Below are positions 20,972 through 30,123 of a stretch of 64,000 bases of DNA, one piece after another. The number at the start of each line of letters is the position of its first letter. The first letter of the stretch is position 1. Source of the DNA: Gemmatimonadaceae bacterium (GTDB lineage: Bacteria; Gemmatimonadota; Gemmatimonadetes; Gemmatimonadales; Gemmatimonadaceae); assembly GCA_044224875.1 (NCBI GenBank), contig JBGAJQ010000006.1, forward strand, positions 32,001 to 96,000, read 5' to 3'. The position numbers were made by a program, and so were the translations under genes. The notes beneath the pieces were generated by a model. The model worked only from the letters and a program-made list of their open reading frames with translations. It searched no databases and was not told the origin of the DNA.

Positions 20972-21102
20972 TCACTCCTCCAATGCCGTTACACACATCC
21001 ACCAATGAGTCCTCACGGGACTCGCGCCGATACCCCAAATGTCCCATAAGATGAAGACGGCCTCTCGGATGAGTCCGCAACTCCATCGGGTCCCCGTCCC
21101 GC

Positions 21103-21705
21103 CTAAATGTAGCCCAAGGCGGCAAGACGTCGCCGAATTTCCTCTTCCGACGTACTCCTTTCTTCCTCGTCGGAAGCCGGGATGATCCCGATCATCTCGA
21201 GGGTTCGGAGAACCTTCCAGCACCCCTGTTCAACGGATTCCTGGTCGGAATGCACGTGCACTTCGGGTGCCGCCGGCTCCTCATACAGGTCACTCATGCT
21301 AGCCCAGTTCTCCAGCTCTTCCCGTCTAGCCTGCGCCCTCGTGTTGTTCCGATCGCGCCCCTCGGCGACCTCCACCGGGCAGTCCACGAACACCTCGATG
21401 AGGTTCGTGACGGAGCGACGAACCTCCTCGCGCGCTGCCCTGTGCGGCGACACGCTGCAGCAGATGGCAATCACGCCGTTCCGTGACAACAGCTTGGCGA
21501 CGTAGGCAAGTCGTCGAACGTGCTCTTCTCCCTCCGGCGATGCCTGACGAACGTCACGCGACAGCGCCTCGTGCACCTCGTGGCCGTCGAGCAGCTCAAC
21601 CGCATGGCCCAGGTCATACAGCCGTTGGTATAGCGCGCGAGCGATCGACGACTTACCGGACGCAGGAATTCCGGTGAACCACAGCGTTGCCCCTTGGAGG
21701 TTCAT
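21103..21705 (-). CDS. Degenerate adenylyl-sulfate kinase-like protein with a C-terminal RLxxLGY tail
   Basis: P-loop WFTGIPASGKS, EVFVDCP and YEEP are retained, but APS-binding motifs are altered (see findings). Confidence 0.75.
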   Translation of the reverse strand: MNLQGATLWFTGIPASGKSSIARALYQRLYDLGHAVELLDGHEVHEALSRDVRQASPEGEEHVRRLAYVAKLLSRNGVIAICCSVSPHRAAREEVRRSVTNLIEVFVDCPVEVAEGRDRNNTRAQARREELENWASMSDLYEEPAAPEVHVHSDQESVEQGCWKVLRTLEMIGIIPASDEEERSTSEEEIRRRLAALGYI

Positions 21706-21834
21706 TGGAGTTCGAGCGCTGCGCCGAACGCGGAAGACACGATCGGAACGGTGCGGTCGCGTTTACCCTGGCGGAAGCGGCCCGGTGCTACGCACGGGAC
21801 GTTCCCGCGAGAACAGATCGGTGCTTCCCGACGA

Positions 21835-22713
21835 TCACGCACCGGTACGCCGTGCCTTCTGGCCATTAGACTGCCGCGCCGCGATCGCTTCCTTCAACAA
21901 CTGGACGTAACGGTAGGGCAAGCGAATGGTGCCCATCAGTCGACCCTCGTTGACGCTACCGTGATCGTCGGAGCCGCCGGTCACCAGAAGGCCTAACGTC
22001 TTGGCGATGGTGGCGAAGTGCGTCGTCTGCGACTCGTTATGCTGGGAATAGAACACTTCGATCCCGTCGAGTCCGGCGGACGCCAGGTGACGGATCTCAT
22101 CATCGGAAAGTCCCGTTCGGCCTGGGTGCGCCGCAACGGCGACGCCACCCGCCGCGTGCACGGCGTGAATGGCTTCCTCTGGTGAGATCTTGACGCGCTG
22201 CACGTAACAGCGACCACCGTCGAGGATAAACTCTTCGGTGAACGCCGACTTCACATCCGGCACGATGCCGGCTTCCACCATCGCCTTGGCCACGTGAGGG
22301 CGCCCGATATTCTCGGTGCCGCCGGCGATTTCCACCACACGATCGAAGGAAATCGGATGCCCAACCTCGCCCAGGCGTTGCACCATGCCCCACGCCCGTG
22401 CGAAGCGTCCGTCTCGCAAGCTGCGGAGCGTATTGTTGAAATGCTGGTCATTGGCATCGACCCCGTAGCCGAGCAGGTCGACTTGGCGTTCCTGCGGGTC
22501 GAGCGTCGAAATTTCGCAGGCCGGAATGAGTTCGATACCTAACGACGCGGCCGCGGACTGGGCTTCGGCCAGGCCCGCGGTCGTGTCGTGATCGGTCAAG
22601 GCGATCGCCGCAAACCCCATCGCCTGCGCCCGGCGAACCACCTCGCCGGGCGCATCCGAACCATCGGACGCCGTTGAGTGCAGCTGGAGGTCGGCAAACT
22701 GGCCGTCGTCCAT
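21835..22713 (-). CDS. PHP-domain phosphoesterase (YciV/TrpH-like; candidate 3',5'-nucleoside bisphosphate [PAP] phosphatase)
   Basis: DLQLHSTASDG, TDHD, GRPH, AHP and GGSDDHG motifs. It lies 9 nt downstream of the PAPS synthase fusion. Confidence 0.8.
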   Translation of the reverse strand: MDDGQFADLQLHSTASDGSDAPGEVVRRAQAMGFAAIALTDHDTTAGLAEAQSAAASLGIELIPACEISTLDPQERQVDLLGYGVDANDQHFNNTLRSLRDGRFARAWGMVQRLGEVGHPISFDRVVEIAGGTENIGRPHVAKAMVEAGIVPDVKSAFTEEFILDGGRCYVQRVKISPEEAIHAVHAAGGVAVAAHPGRTGLSDDEIRHLASAGLDGIEVFYSQHNESQTTHFATIAKTLGLLVTGGSDDHGSVNEGRLMGTIRLPYRYVQLLKEAIAARQSNGQKARRTGA

Positions 22714-22722
22714 CGGGCCGGC

Positions 22723-24489
22723 CTACCGCGCCGCCGCGGCCTGCGCCTTGTACGCTTCCATCAGGATGCGCGCAAGCTCGGGACGCGTGAATTCGGGTGG
22801 AGGAAGTTCACCCGCCAGCAGCATCTCGCGGACCTTGGTTCCACTCAACGTCACGTGATGGGTCTTGTCGTGCGGGCACGTGCGCGTGGACGCCATGTTG
22901 CCGCACGTCGCACAGAAGAAGGTGTGCTCGAACTTGAGCGGGATGATGCCCAGCTCCGCCGGCGGGAACTTGTCGATCAGGATCTGCGCGTCGTAGGAAC
23001 CGTAGTAGTTCCCCACGCCCGCGTGGTCACGACCGACGATGAAATGCGTGCAGCCATAGTTCTTTCTGGCGATCGCGTGCCAGACGGCCTCGCGCGGACC
23101 GGCATAGCGCATGGCGGCCGGGAACACCGACAACATCGCCCGGCTCTTTGGATAGTAGTGCTCGAGAATCGCCTCGTAGGTCTTCATGCGCGTTTCCGCC
23201 GGCACGTCGTCCGACTTGGTAGCGCCCACCAAGGGGTGCAACAACAACCCGTCGACGACCTCCATCGCTACCTTCTGCAGGTACTCGTGCGCGCGGTGCA
23301 CGGGGTTACGCGTCTGGAAACCGACGACCGTCTTCCATCCCAGCTCGTCGAACTTCTGCCGGAGCTCGAGGGGTGTTTGACGGTACGTTTGGAAGTTGTC
23401 GTACGCCGGACGATCGATGATCCATACCGGACCGCCGAGGTACACGTCACCCTGGTTCATGACACGGGCGACGCCCGGATGCGCCATGTCGTCGGTGCCA
23501 TAGCACGCCTTCACCTCGCGCGCCTTGTCGGGCGTCCATTTGTCCGTCACCTGCATCACGGCAAGGATCTTCCCCTGCTTGTCCGTGAGCGTGATTTCCT
23601 GGCCTTCGTTGACTTCGCGCGCCCGCTCGATCGACGTCGCCAGGTTCACCGGCATCGCCCAGATCAGGCCGTCCGTCATCCGCATCGAATCCACGACCGT
23701 GTCGTAGTCGGCGCGACGCATGAACCCGGTCAATGGAGACAGCGCCCCATAACCGATCATCTCGAGGTCCGCCAACTCGCGTTCGTCCAAGCCGAACTTC
23801 TGCAGGCCCTTTGCCCGCTCGAGGGCTTCCTTGCGCGCGTCGCCCTTGAGTTCACGGTCAATCAGCGCGCCGCCATGCGGTGCAATCGGGCCAGGCACTC
23901 GCTTGCCCTGTTCGACCTTCTTCGCGACTTCGGCGCGATCGGCGACGGCAACCGCGGCCGTCGTAGAGACGTAACCTCGATCCTCCAACAGCTGGATCAC
24001 GCGGGCAACGCTCTGGTCCACGGTCTCCGCGGCCGTGTCCAGAACCAGCTCCGGATTGGTCGGCTCCTCGTACGGATCGTTCACCCCCGTGAAGCCCTGG
24101 ATCTCGCCGGCCATCGCCTTCTTGTACATGCCCTTCACGTCACGCTCGACTAAGACCTCGAGCGGCGTCCGGACATAGACCTCCAGAAAGTCGCCGATCT
24201 CGTGACGCGCATTGTCGCGCATCTTCCGGTACGGCGAAATGAAGCAGGACAGAACGACGACGCCGTTCCGCGTGAGCACCTTCGACACGAAGGTGACACG
24301 CTCGATGTTCTTGTCGCGATCTTCTTTGGAAAAGCCGAGGTCGCGGCAGAGTGATTGGCGGACAACATCTCCGTCGAGGCGTTCCGACAGGATGTGGCGC
24401 TCCTGCAGCAATTCGTGCACGCGACGGGCAACGGTGGTCTTGCCAGAACCGGACAATCCGGTGAACCAGACGGTAACGCCTTTGCTCAT
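22723..24489 (-). CDS. cysC-sat: Bifunctional APS kinase (N-terminal) / ATP sulfurylase (C-terminal), a PAPS synthase
   Basis: N-terminal: GLSGSGKT, LDGDVVR, LGFSKEDR, FISPY, KGMY, FTGVNDPYE. C-terminal: PHGG, SPLTGFM, FQTRNPVHRAH, MRYAGPREA, VGRDHAG, SGTKVR. Confidence 0.92.
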   Translation of the reverse strand: MSKGVTVWFTGLSGSGKTTVARRVHELLQERHILSERLDGDVVRQSLCRDLGFSKEDRDKNIERVTFVSKVLTRNGVVVLSCFISPYRKMRDNARHEIGDFLEVYVRTPLEVLVERDVKGMYKKAMAGEIQGFTGVNDPYEEPTNPELVLDTAAETVDQSVARVIQLLEDRGYVSTTAAVAVADRAEVAKKVEQGKRVPGPIAPHGGALIDRELKGDARKEALERAKGLQKFGLDERELADLEMIGYGALSPLTGFMRRADYDTVVDSMRMTDGLIWAMPVNLATSIERAREVNEGQEITLTDKQGKILAVMQVTDKWTPDKAREVKACYGTDDMAHPGVARVMNQGDVYLGGPVWIIDRPAYDNFQTYRQTPLELRQKFDELGWKTVVGFQTRNPVHRAHEYLQKVAMEVVDGLLLHPLVGATKSDDVPAETRMKTYEAILEHYYPKSRAMLSVFPAAMRYAGPREAVWHAIARKNYGCTHFIVGRDHAGVGNYYGSYDAQILIDKFPPAELGIIPLKFEHTFFCATCGNMASTRTCPHDKTHHVTLSGTKVREMLLAGELPPPEFTRPELARILMEAYKAQAAAAR

Positions 24490-24933
24490 GTTTGGATCCG
24501 AGGGGGATTCGTGAAGTCGGCGCGAGAAGGAATCTCGGCCCGTAGCAACGAGTTGAACCTAATTAGGACGCATGACCATTGGCGGCGTCTCACCGATCCG
24601 ACCCGATGGCGGGAGCGATAAGCCGGGTATCCGACATTCCGGTGACGCGTCTTGTAGGTGCGCTCTTCTTGCAATAGCGTTGCCTTGCAGATCGGCGCCG
24701 GATCGGAACCGGCCGCTAGCAGGTCGCCAAAACGAAGGGCCGTCCGTCTGGCCCGAAACCCCGGAGTATTCGACCAGTGTATATCGGACCCGACTCATTA
24801 ATGCCCGTCGCTTCGGCGTTCGCGGCCATTGCCGGCTTCATCCTGATGTTCTGGCGCAAGGTGGTTGGTGCCGCGCGCATGATCGCGCAGCGCGTAACGG
24901 GGATGTTCTCGAAGCGATAATCGAGTCGGGGCA

Positions 24934-26781
24934 ATGCCGACGACCAAACGAGTCGTCGTTGTCGGCTTAGACGGATTCGAGCCCAAGATCGTCGATCGAC
25001 TGCTGCAGGCGGGCGAGCTCCCAAGTCTCGCCCGCCTGCGTGCGTCTGGAGGCTACGCTCGATTAGGCACGACACTGCCAGCACAGACTCCAGTGGCTTG
25101 GTCGACGTTTTCCACCGGAACGAATCCGGGAGGTCACGGGATCTACGATTTCCTGCGGCGCGATCCAGCCACGTACACACCCGACCTCTCATTCAGCCGT
25201 TTTGAGCAAAGGAGTGCACTCCTTCCGCCGAAGGCGATCAACCTGAGGGGCGGCGCGACGGTGTGGGAAATTCTCGCGGAGCACGGCACCTCGTCCACCA
25301 TCCTACGGATGCCGTGTACGTTTCCGCCCGGACGGGGACGTGGTCGTCTGCTCGCCGGCATGGGTGTTCCCGATCTCCGTGGAGGTCTGGGAACGTCGAC
25401 GCTGTTCACCACGCGCCATGATCGCCAGGCGGGCGAGGCGGAACAAGTGGTGCAGCTGACGGGGTCGTCACCGTATCATGCCGGTTTGCCCGGGCCGCGC
25501 GCAGCGAATGGTGCGCGAGCGGTCACCGCGCCAGTCACCATCAGCGTCGACCCCTCAGGGACCGCGGCCACGGTCCACAGCGAGGGGCAACCGGCCCACC
25601 TGCAGCTCGAACCGGGTATCTGGAGCGACTGGCTTCGCCTGAAGTTCTCCGTCGGCCCCCTGCGATCGGTGGCCGGGATGGTCCGGTTTCTCTGGCATGC
25701 CCGGGACGGCGCTACGGAGGTGTATGCCTCGCCGGTGAACTTCGACCCCACGAGCCCTCCCTTCCCGATCTCGCAGCCATGGGACTATGCCGATGAGCTC
25801 TCGCGAGCCATCGGACTGTTTCACACGACCGGCATGATCGAGGACCACGCCGGGTTGACCAACGGTCGATTGCACGAGGATGAATTCCTCATGCAATGCG
25901 AGGCCCTGCTGGGCGAACGCGAGCGCATGCTGCAGTTTGAGCTGAACAGACACCGCGAGGGTCTGCTGTTTTGCCTGTTCGACACCCCGGATCGGCTGCA
26001 ACACATGTTCTGGCGGTTCACCGACCCATCGCACCCCGCCAATCGCCGGCTCGGCGTCGCACCAGACGTCTACCGCTCGGCGATCGACGACCACTATCGA
26101 GCGTGCGACGCAATCGTGGGTCGTACCATGGCCGCGATTGATGACAACACCCTGCTCGTCGTGCTCTCTGACCATGGGTTCACGTCGTTTCGCCGCGGAG
26201 TGCACCTGAACGCGTGGCTGCGTGCCAAGGGCCTGTTGACCTTGAAGCGAGGGGTAGTGGCGGAAGGGGCCGGCGCGCTCTTCGCCAACGTCGACTGGAC
26301 GCGCACCAAAGCGTACGCGCTCGGACTCGGCAGCATCTACCTGAATCTGAAGGGACGAGAGGGAGAAGGCGTCGTACCGACGACCGACGCTGACGCGCTG
26401 GCAGCAGACATCGCCGATGCGTTGAGCGGATTGCGCGATGAGGCGTGCGGAGCCGAGGCCATTCGAGGGGCCAGCACCCGGCGGCAAGCGTATAGTGGGG
26501 CGTTTGCCGATGCTTCACCCGACGTGGTGGTTCGTTTTGCGGAGGGATACCGGGCGTCATGGGCGACGGCCCTCGGGGGAGTGTCCGGCGACCTCTTCGA
26601 GGACAACACGAGAAGGTGGGGCGGGGACCACATCGTGGATCCGACGCTGGTGCCTGGCGTGCTGTTCATGAATCGCCCGTTCAGGGCATCGGGCGCTCAA
26701 ATGGTTGACTTGGCTCCCACGATCCTGCGGTGGTGTGGCGCCGCGCCGGGCGATGTGATGGAGGGAGCGTCGCTCTTTTGA
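24934..26781 (+). CDS. Alkaline-phosphatase-superfamily / type I phosphodiesterase-NPP-like enzyme, no signal peptide
   Basis: GLDG, PAQ-T-PVAWSTFSTGTNPGGHGIYDF (Thr nucleophile), DRLQH, SDHGF, GDH and DLAPTIL. Divergent from cysC-sat. Confidence 0.82.
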   Translation: MPTTKRVVVVGLDGFEPKIVDRLLQAGELPSLARLRASGGYARLGTTLPAQTPVAWSTFSTGTNPGGHGIYDFLRRDPATYTPDLSFSRFEQRSALLPPKAINLRGGATVWEILAEHGTSSTILRMPCTFPPGRGRGRLLAGMGVPDLRGGLGTSTLFTTRHDRQAGEAEQVVQLTGSSPYHAGLPGPRAANGARAVTAPVTISVDPSGTAATVHSEGQPAHLQLEPGIWSDWLRLKFSVGPLRSVAGMVRFLWHARDGATEVYASPVNFDPTSPPFPISQPWDYADELSRAIGLFHTTGMIEDHAGLTNGRLHEDEFLMQCEALLGERERMLQFELNRHREGLLFCLFDTPDRLQHMFWRFTDPSHPANRRLGVAPDVYRSAIDDHYRACDAIVGRTMAAIDDNTLLVVLSDHGFTSFRRGVHLNAWLRAKGLLTLKRGVVAEGAGALFANVDWTRTKAYALGLGSIYLNLKGREGEGVVPTTDADALAADIADALSGLRDEACGAEAIRGASTRRQAYSGAFADASPDVVVRFAEGYRASWATALGGVSGDLFEDNTRRWGGDHIVDPTLVPGVLFMNRPFRASGAQMVDLAPTILRWCGAAPGDVMEGASLF

Positions 26782-27259
26782 ATTTGCCGCCGCTTTGAAT
26801 TAATGAAGGCGACCGAAGTCGATTGCCCGGTGTGCCAGCTGTTGTCCTTGCGCAGCGTCTCCAGCGATATTGTCGCTCCCGTACAACAGGGCGACGCCTT
26901 GGGCTCGGGTAACGCCTAGCGAATCCGAGTGGCGGGGAGGAGCGCCCTAGGGATTTCCGGGGGCGGCTGGCGTTACCCGGAGCTGTGCTGGCAGTCGTTG
27001 AAGGGCCGACCGGGCGGCCCGTTGAGTGGTCAACCGAAGTGCCTGGTTGCACTTGGAAGATCGGAGCGTTGCGGTTGCGTGCCGAGCGCGGCACCGCGGT
27101 TCAGTATCCCGTGACGGGTCGAGCATTGAACTTGCACCGGCAGCGGGTCGAGAGCCGTCTCGCTTAGCGGCCGCGTTTGCAACCGATTGGTGCGTAACGC
27201 GTTTGGAATAACAGTCATTGTCCTGCGCCCCCAGACGTCGCAGGAGGAACGAGGCCCTT

Positions 27260-27520
27260 ATGGATCCGATTGTCGACACGCTGCGGACGTACATCCACGA
27301 GGAGTTTGTCCCAGACATGAACATCGAGGAGCTGACGGCAACGACGCCGTTGATGCAGAGCGGGATCCTCGATTCGCTGGCGGCGATCGCGCTGGGCCAG
27401 TTCATCGAAGAGAAATTCCACGTCACGATCGACCCGCACGAAGTGAACGCGGACAACTTCGGCACGCTGGAGCAGGTCGCGACCTTCATTCGCACGAAGC
27501 AAAGTCAGGCGGCGGCATAG
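27260..27520 (+). CDS. Acyl/aminoacyl carrier protein (DltC-like)
   Basis: 86-aa acidic protein with GILD-S-L phosphopantetheine site, IEEKF and NFGTL. GGAGG lies upstream. Confidence 0.85.
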   Translation: MDPIVDTLRTYIHEEFVPDMNIEELTATTPLMQSGILDSLAAIALGQFIEEKFHVTIDPHEVNADNFGTLEQVATFIRTKQSQAAA

Positions 27521-27528
27521 GCACCTGA

Positions 27529-30123
27529 ATGACCGAGCGGGCAGCAGGAGCTCCGCGTCCCACGGCGCCTGAGTGGCGAGCGCCGGGGGCGACGGAAAAG
27601 GTCGAGCAATCCGGGCAGAGCACGTGGCTGGCGCTTCCCGCGACACGCACCGAAGGGTGGCGTTTCGCGGGACTCGTCGCTCAGGTGGCGTTTCTGGTCG
27701 TGATTTGCCGCGGATTCAACATCGAGAACGCGGCCTACACCGGGCGTCTCCTACCGTTGATCCTGGCGGGTTTTGTGGTCAACGCGTTGTTGGCGCCACG
27801 ATTTCGGATGGCGTTCTTTGGCGCCCTGTCCGTCGCGTCGATTCCGTTGATTTTCGGCGTGGTTGGTGGCGCGTGGATGGTCGGCATCAGCCTGGCGCTC
27901 ATTGCGATCTGCTACCTGCCCATGAGTTGGAACTGGCGGGCGGGGCTGATGGTGCTGGCGGCCGGGCTGCTGGCCGTGCTGCGTACCGGGGCCGTGGTTC
28001 CTCCCTGGCCCACGTCGATCTGGCCGGTGCTGGGCTCGATGTTCATGTTCCGCATGATCATCTACCTGTATGACGCCAAGCACATGGGTCGTCAGGGGCT
28101 GACCGAGACCTTGTCGTATTTCTTCGTGCTGCCGAACGTGGTGTTTCCATTCTTTCCGGTGGTTGACTATCACACGTTCAAGCGATCGCACTACGCATCA
28201 CCGGCGTACGACACCTACCAGAAGGGCGTCCATTGGATGTTGCGCGGGATCACCCACCTGGTGATCTACCGTCTGGTCTACCAATACCTGATCATCTCCC
28301 CGGTTGAGATCCAGCACACCACCGACATCCTGCGTTTCGTGGTGGCGAATTTCATGTTGTATCTGCGGGTGAGTGGCATTTTCCACATGGTGTGCGGTGT
28401 GTTCTACCTCTTCGGCTTCCACATGCCGGAGACGCACCGGTTCTACTTCCTGCCCGCCAGCTTCACCGATATCTGGCGCCGTATCAACATCTACTGGAAG
28501 GATTTCCTCCAGAAGACGGTGTACATGCCGGTCTTCTTCCGGTCGCGCCGCAAGTTGGGAGAGACCAAGGCGCTCATGCTGGCGACCGCCTTGGTGATCG
28601 TGGCCACGTGGTTCTACCATTCATACCAGTGGTTTTGGCTGTTGGGGCACGGTCTCTGGAGCGTGACGGATGCGCTGTTCTGGGTAATCCTGGGCATCGC
28701 GCTGGTGATCAACGTCGTCCTGGAATCACGGAAGGGCCGTACGCGCGTGGTGGGCGGCTTGCAGGCGCCGACGCACGCGCAAGCCATGCGCACGGCCATT
28801 CGCACCACGATCATCATGATCCCCCTGGCGGTGCTCTGGGCCTTGTGGACCAGTCCTACCGTGGCGGGATTCTCCAAGATTTTTTCGGCGGTCACATTCC
28901 GCCCTGTCGACCTCGTGGCAGTGATCGTCCTGTTCGGAGGCGTGCTGGCGCTGGCCTACGGGGCACAACGGCTGTCGTTAGGTGTGCAGGGGATTGGGGA
29001 AACGCGGAAGGGATGGTGGGCAAATCCCCTGGTCACCTCCGGCCTGCCATTGGCGATCGCGTGGGGAGCTGGGCTTCCGGGGATCTCGGACAAGCTCCCG
29101 ACCATGGTCGCTGGGCCGCTGCGCGAGATGCGCGTCACGGAATTGAGCCGGCGCGATACGCAGACGTTGGAACGTGGGTATTACGAAAACCTTGTTGGCG
29201 TCTCACGCTTCAATGCTGAGCTGTGGGAAGTGTACAGCCGGCAGTCGCAATCGGACTGGCGACGGCTGGACGAGGTGGGCGTCGAGCGCCGATTCGACGA
29301 CCCGATCCACGCCGAGTTGCGGCCGAACCAGGGTGTCGTGTTCCATGGCGCGTCCCTGCGGACGAATCGGTGGGGAATGCGGGACCAGGATTACGACAAG
29401 GCCAAGGCGCCGGGGACGTATCGGATTGCCATGCTGGGGCCGTCGCACGCGATGGGGAGCGGCGTTGCCGATGACGAGACGTTCGAGTCGTTGCTCGAAT
29501 CGCGACTGAACCGCGAGCGGGCAGGGAATCCAGCGGCACATTACGACATCCTGAACTTCGCCGTCGAAGGATCACGCGTGTGGGAGTTTCAGCCGGACGC
29601 CATCCTGCTCGTGGCGCATCCAGTCGAGTATTTCTTCATCGCCCGGTATCTGGTGCAGGAGTACGAGCGCCGCGCCGAGCCGGAAGACTCCTCGATGCGA
29701 GCCCTGGCGCAACAGGCCGGTGTGACGAAGGGAATGACGGACGATCAGGTGCAGAAGCTGATCAAGCCGTTGGCGGATCCCTTGATCGCCCATGAGATGC
29801 AGCTGATCGTTGACCTGTGTGCGGTGCACCGGGTGCGCTGCCTGTTTTCCCTCGTGCCCACACCCACGTGGCCAAACTCGCGGGCCGCGGGTCCGGGGAT
29901 GGCCAAGGCGGCCGCGGCCAGTGGATTCCAGGTGCTGAACATTGACTCGGTATTCGAAGGCGGGGATTCTCGCGTCCTCACGGTTGCGCCTTGGGACTAC
30001 CATCCGAATGCCAAGGCACACGCCATGATTGCCGATCGCCTGTTCGACGCGATCACCAGCCAGCCCGACCTGTTGACGCCTCTCGCCGCCACGCCGGCGA
30101 CGCCGACAGCTCCAACGAAATGA
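27529..30123 (+). CDS. MBOAT O-acyltransferase (AlgI/DltB-like) fused to a C-terminal SGNH-like domain
   Basis: SFTDIWRRINIYWKDF and TWFYH (catalytic His) in a polytopic region. The C-terminus has RTNRWGMRD, RIAMLGPSHAMG, NFAVEG and DYHPN. Confidence 0.82.
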   Translation: MTERAAGAPRPTAPEWRAPGATEKVEQSGQSTWLALPATRTEGWRFAGLVAQVAFLVVICRGFNIENAAYTGRLLPLILAGFVVNALLAPRFRMAFFGALSVASIPLIFGVVGGAWMVGISLALIAICYLPMSWNWRAGLMVLAAGLLAVLRTGAVVPPWPTSIWPVLGSMFMFRMIIYLYDAKHMGRQGLTETLSYFFVLPNVVFPFFPVVDYHTFKRSHYASPAYDTYQKGVHWMLRGITHLVIYRLVYQYLIISPVEIQHTTDILRFVVANFMLYLRVSGIFHMVCGVFYLFGFHMPETHRFYFLPASFTDIWRRINIYWKDFLQKTVYMPVFFRSRRKLGETKALMLATALVIVATWFYHSYQWFWLLGHGLWSVTDALFWVILGIALVINVVLESRKGRTRVVGGLQAPTHAQAMRTAIRTTIIMIPLAVLWALWTSPTVAGFSKIFSAVTFRPVDLVAVIVLFGGVLALAYGAQRLSLGVQGIGETRKGWWANPLVTSGLPLAIAWGAGLPGISDKLPTMVAGPLREMRVTELSRRDTQTLERGYYENLVGVSRFNAELWEVYSRQSQSDWRRLDEVGVERRFDDPIHAELRPNQGVVFHGASLRTNRWGMRDQDYDKAKAPGTYRIAMLGPSHAMGSGVADDETFESLLESRLNRERAGNPAAHYDILNFAVEGSRVWEFQPDAILLVAHPVEYFFIARYLVQEYERRAEPEDSSMRALAQQAGVTKGMTDDQVQKLIKPLADPLIAHEMQLIVDLCAVHRVRCLFSLVPTPTWPNSRAAGPGMAKAAAASGFQVLNIDSVFEGGDSRVLTVAPWDYHPNAKAHAMIADRLFDAITSQPDLLTPLAATPATPTAPTK

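Noticed and set aside
22678..24153. 491-aa plus-strand ORF
   Set aside because: Antisense shadow of cysC-sat with no recognisable motifs, typical of high-GC DNA.
26776..27259. Short TTTGAATT direct repeat, AAGTGC/GCACTT palindrome and a possible DltX-like small ORF upstream of the ACP
   Set aside because: The repeats are too short to distinguish from chance, and I found no small TM ORF with a Tyr motif.
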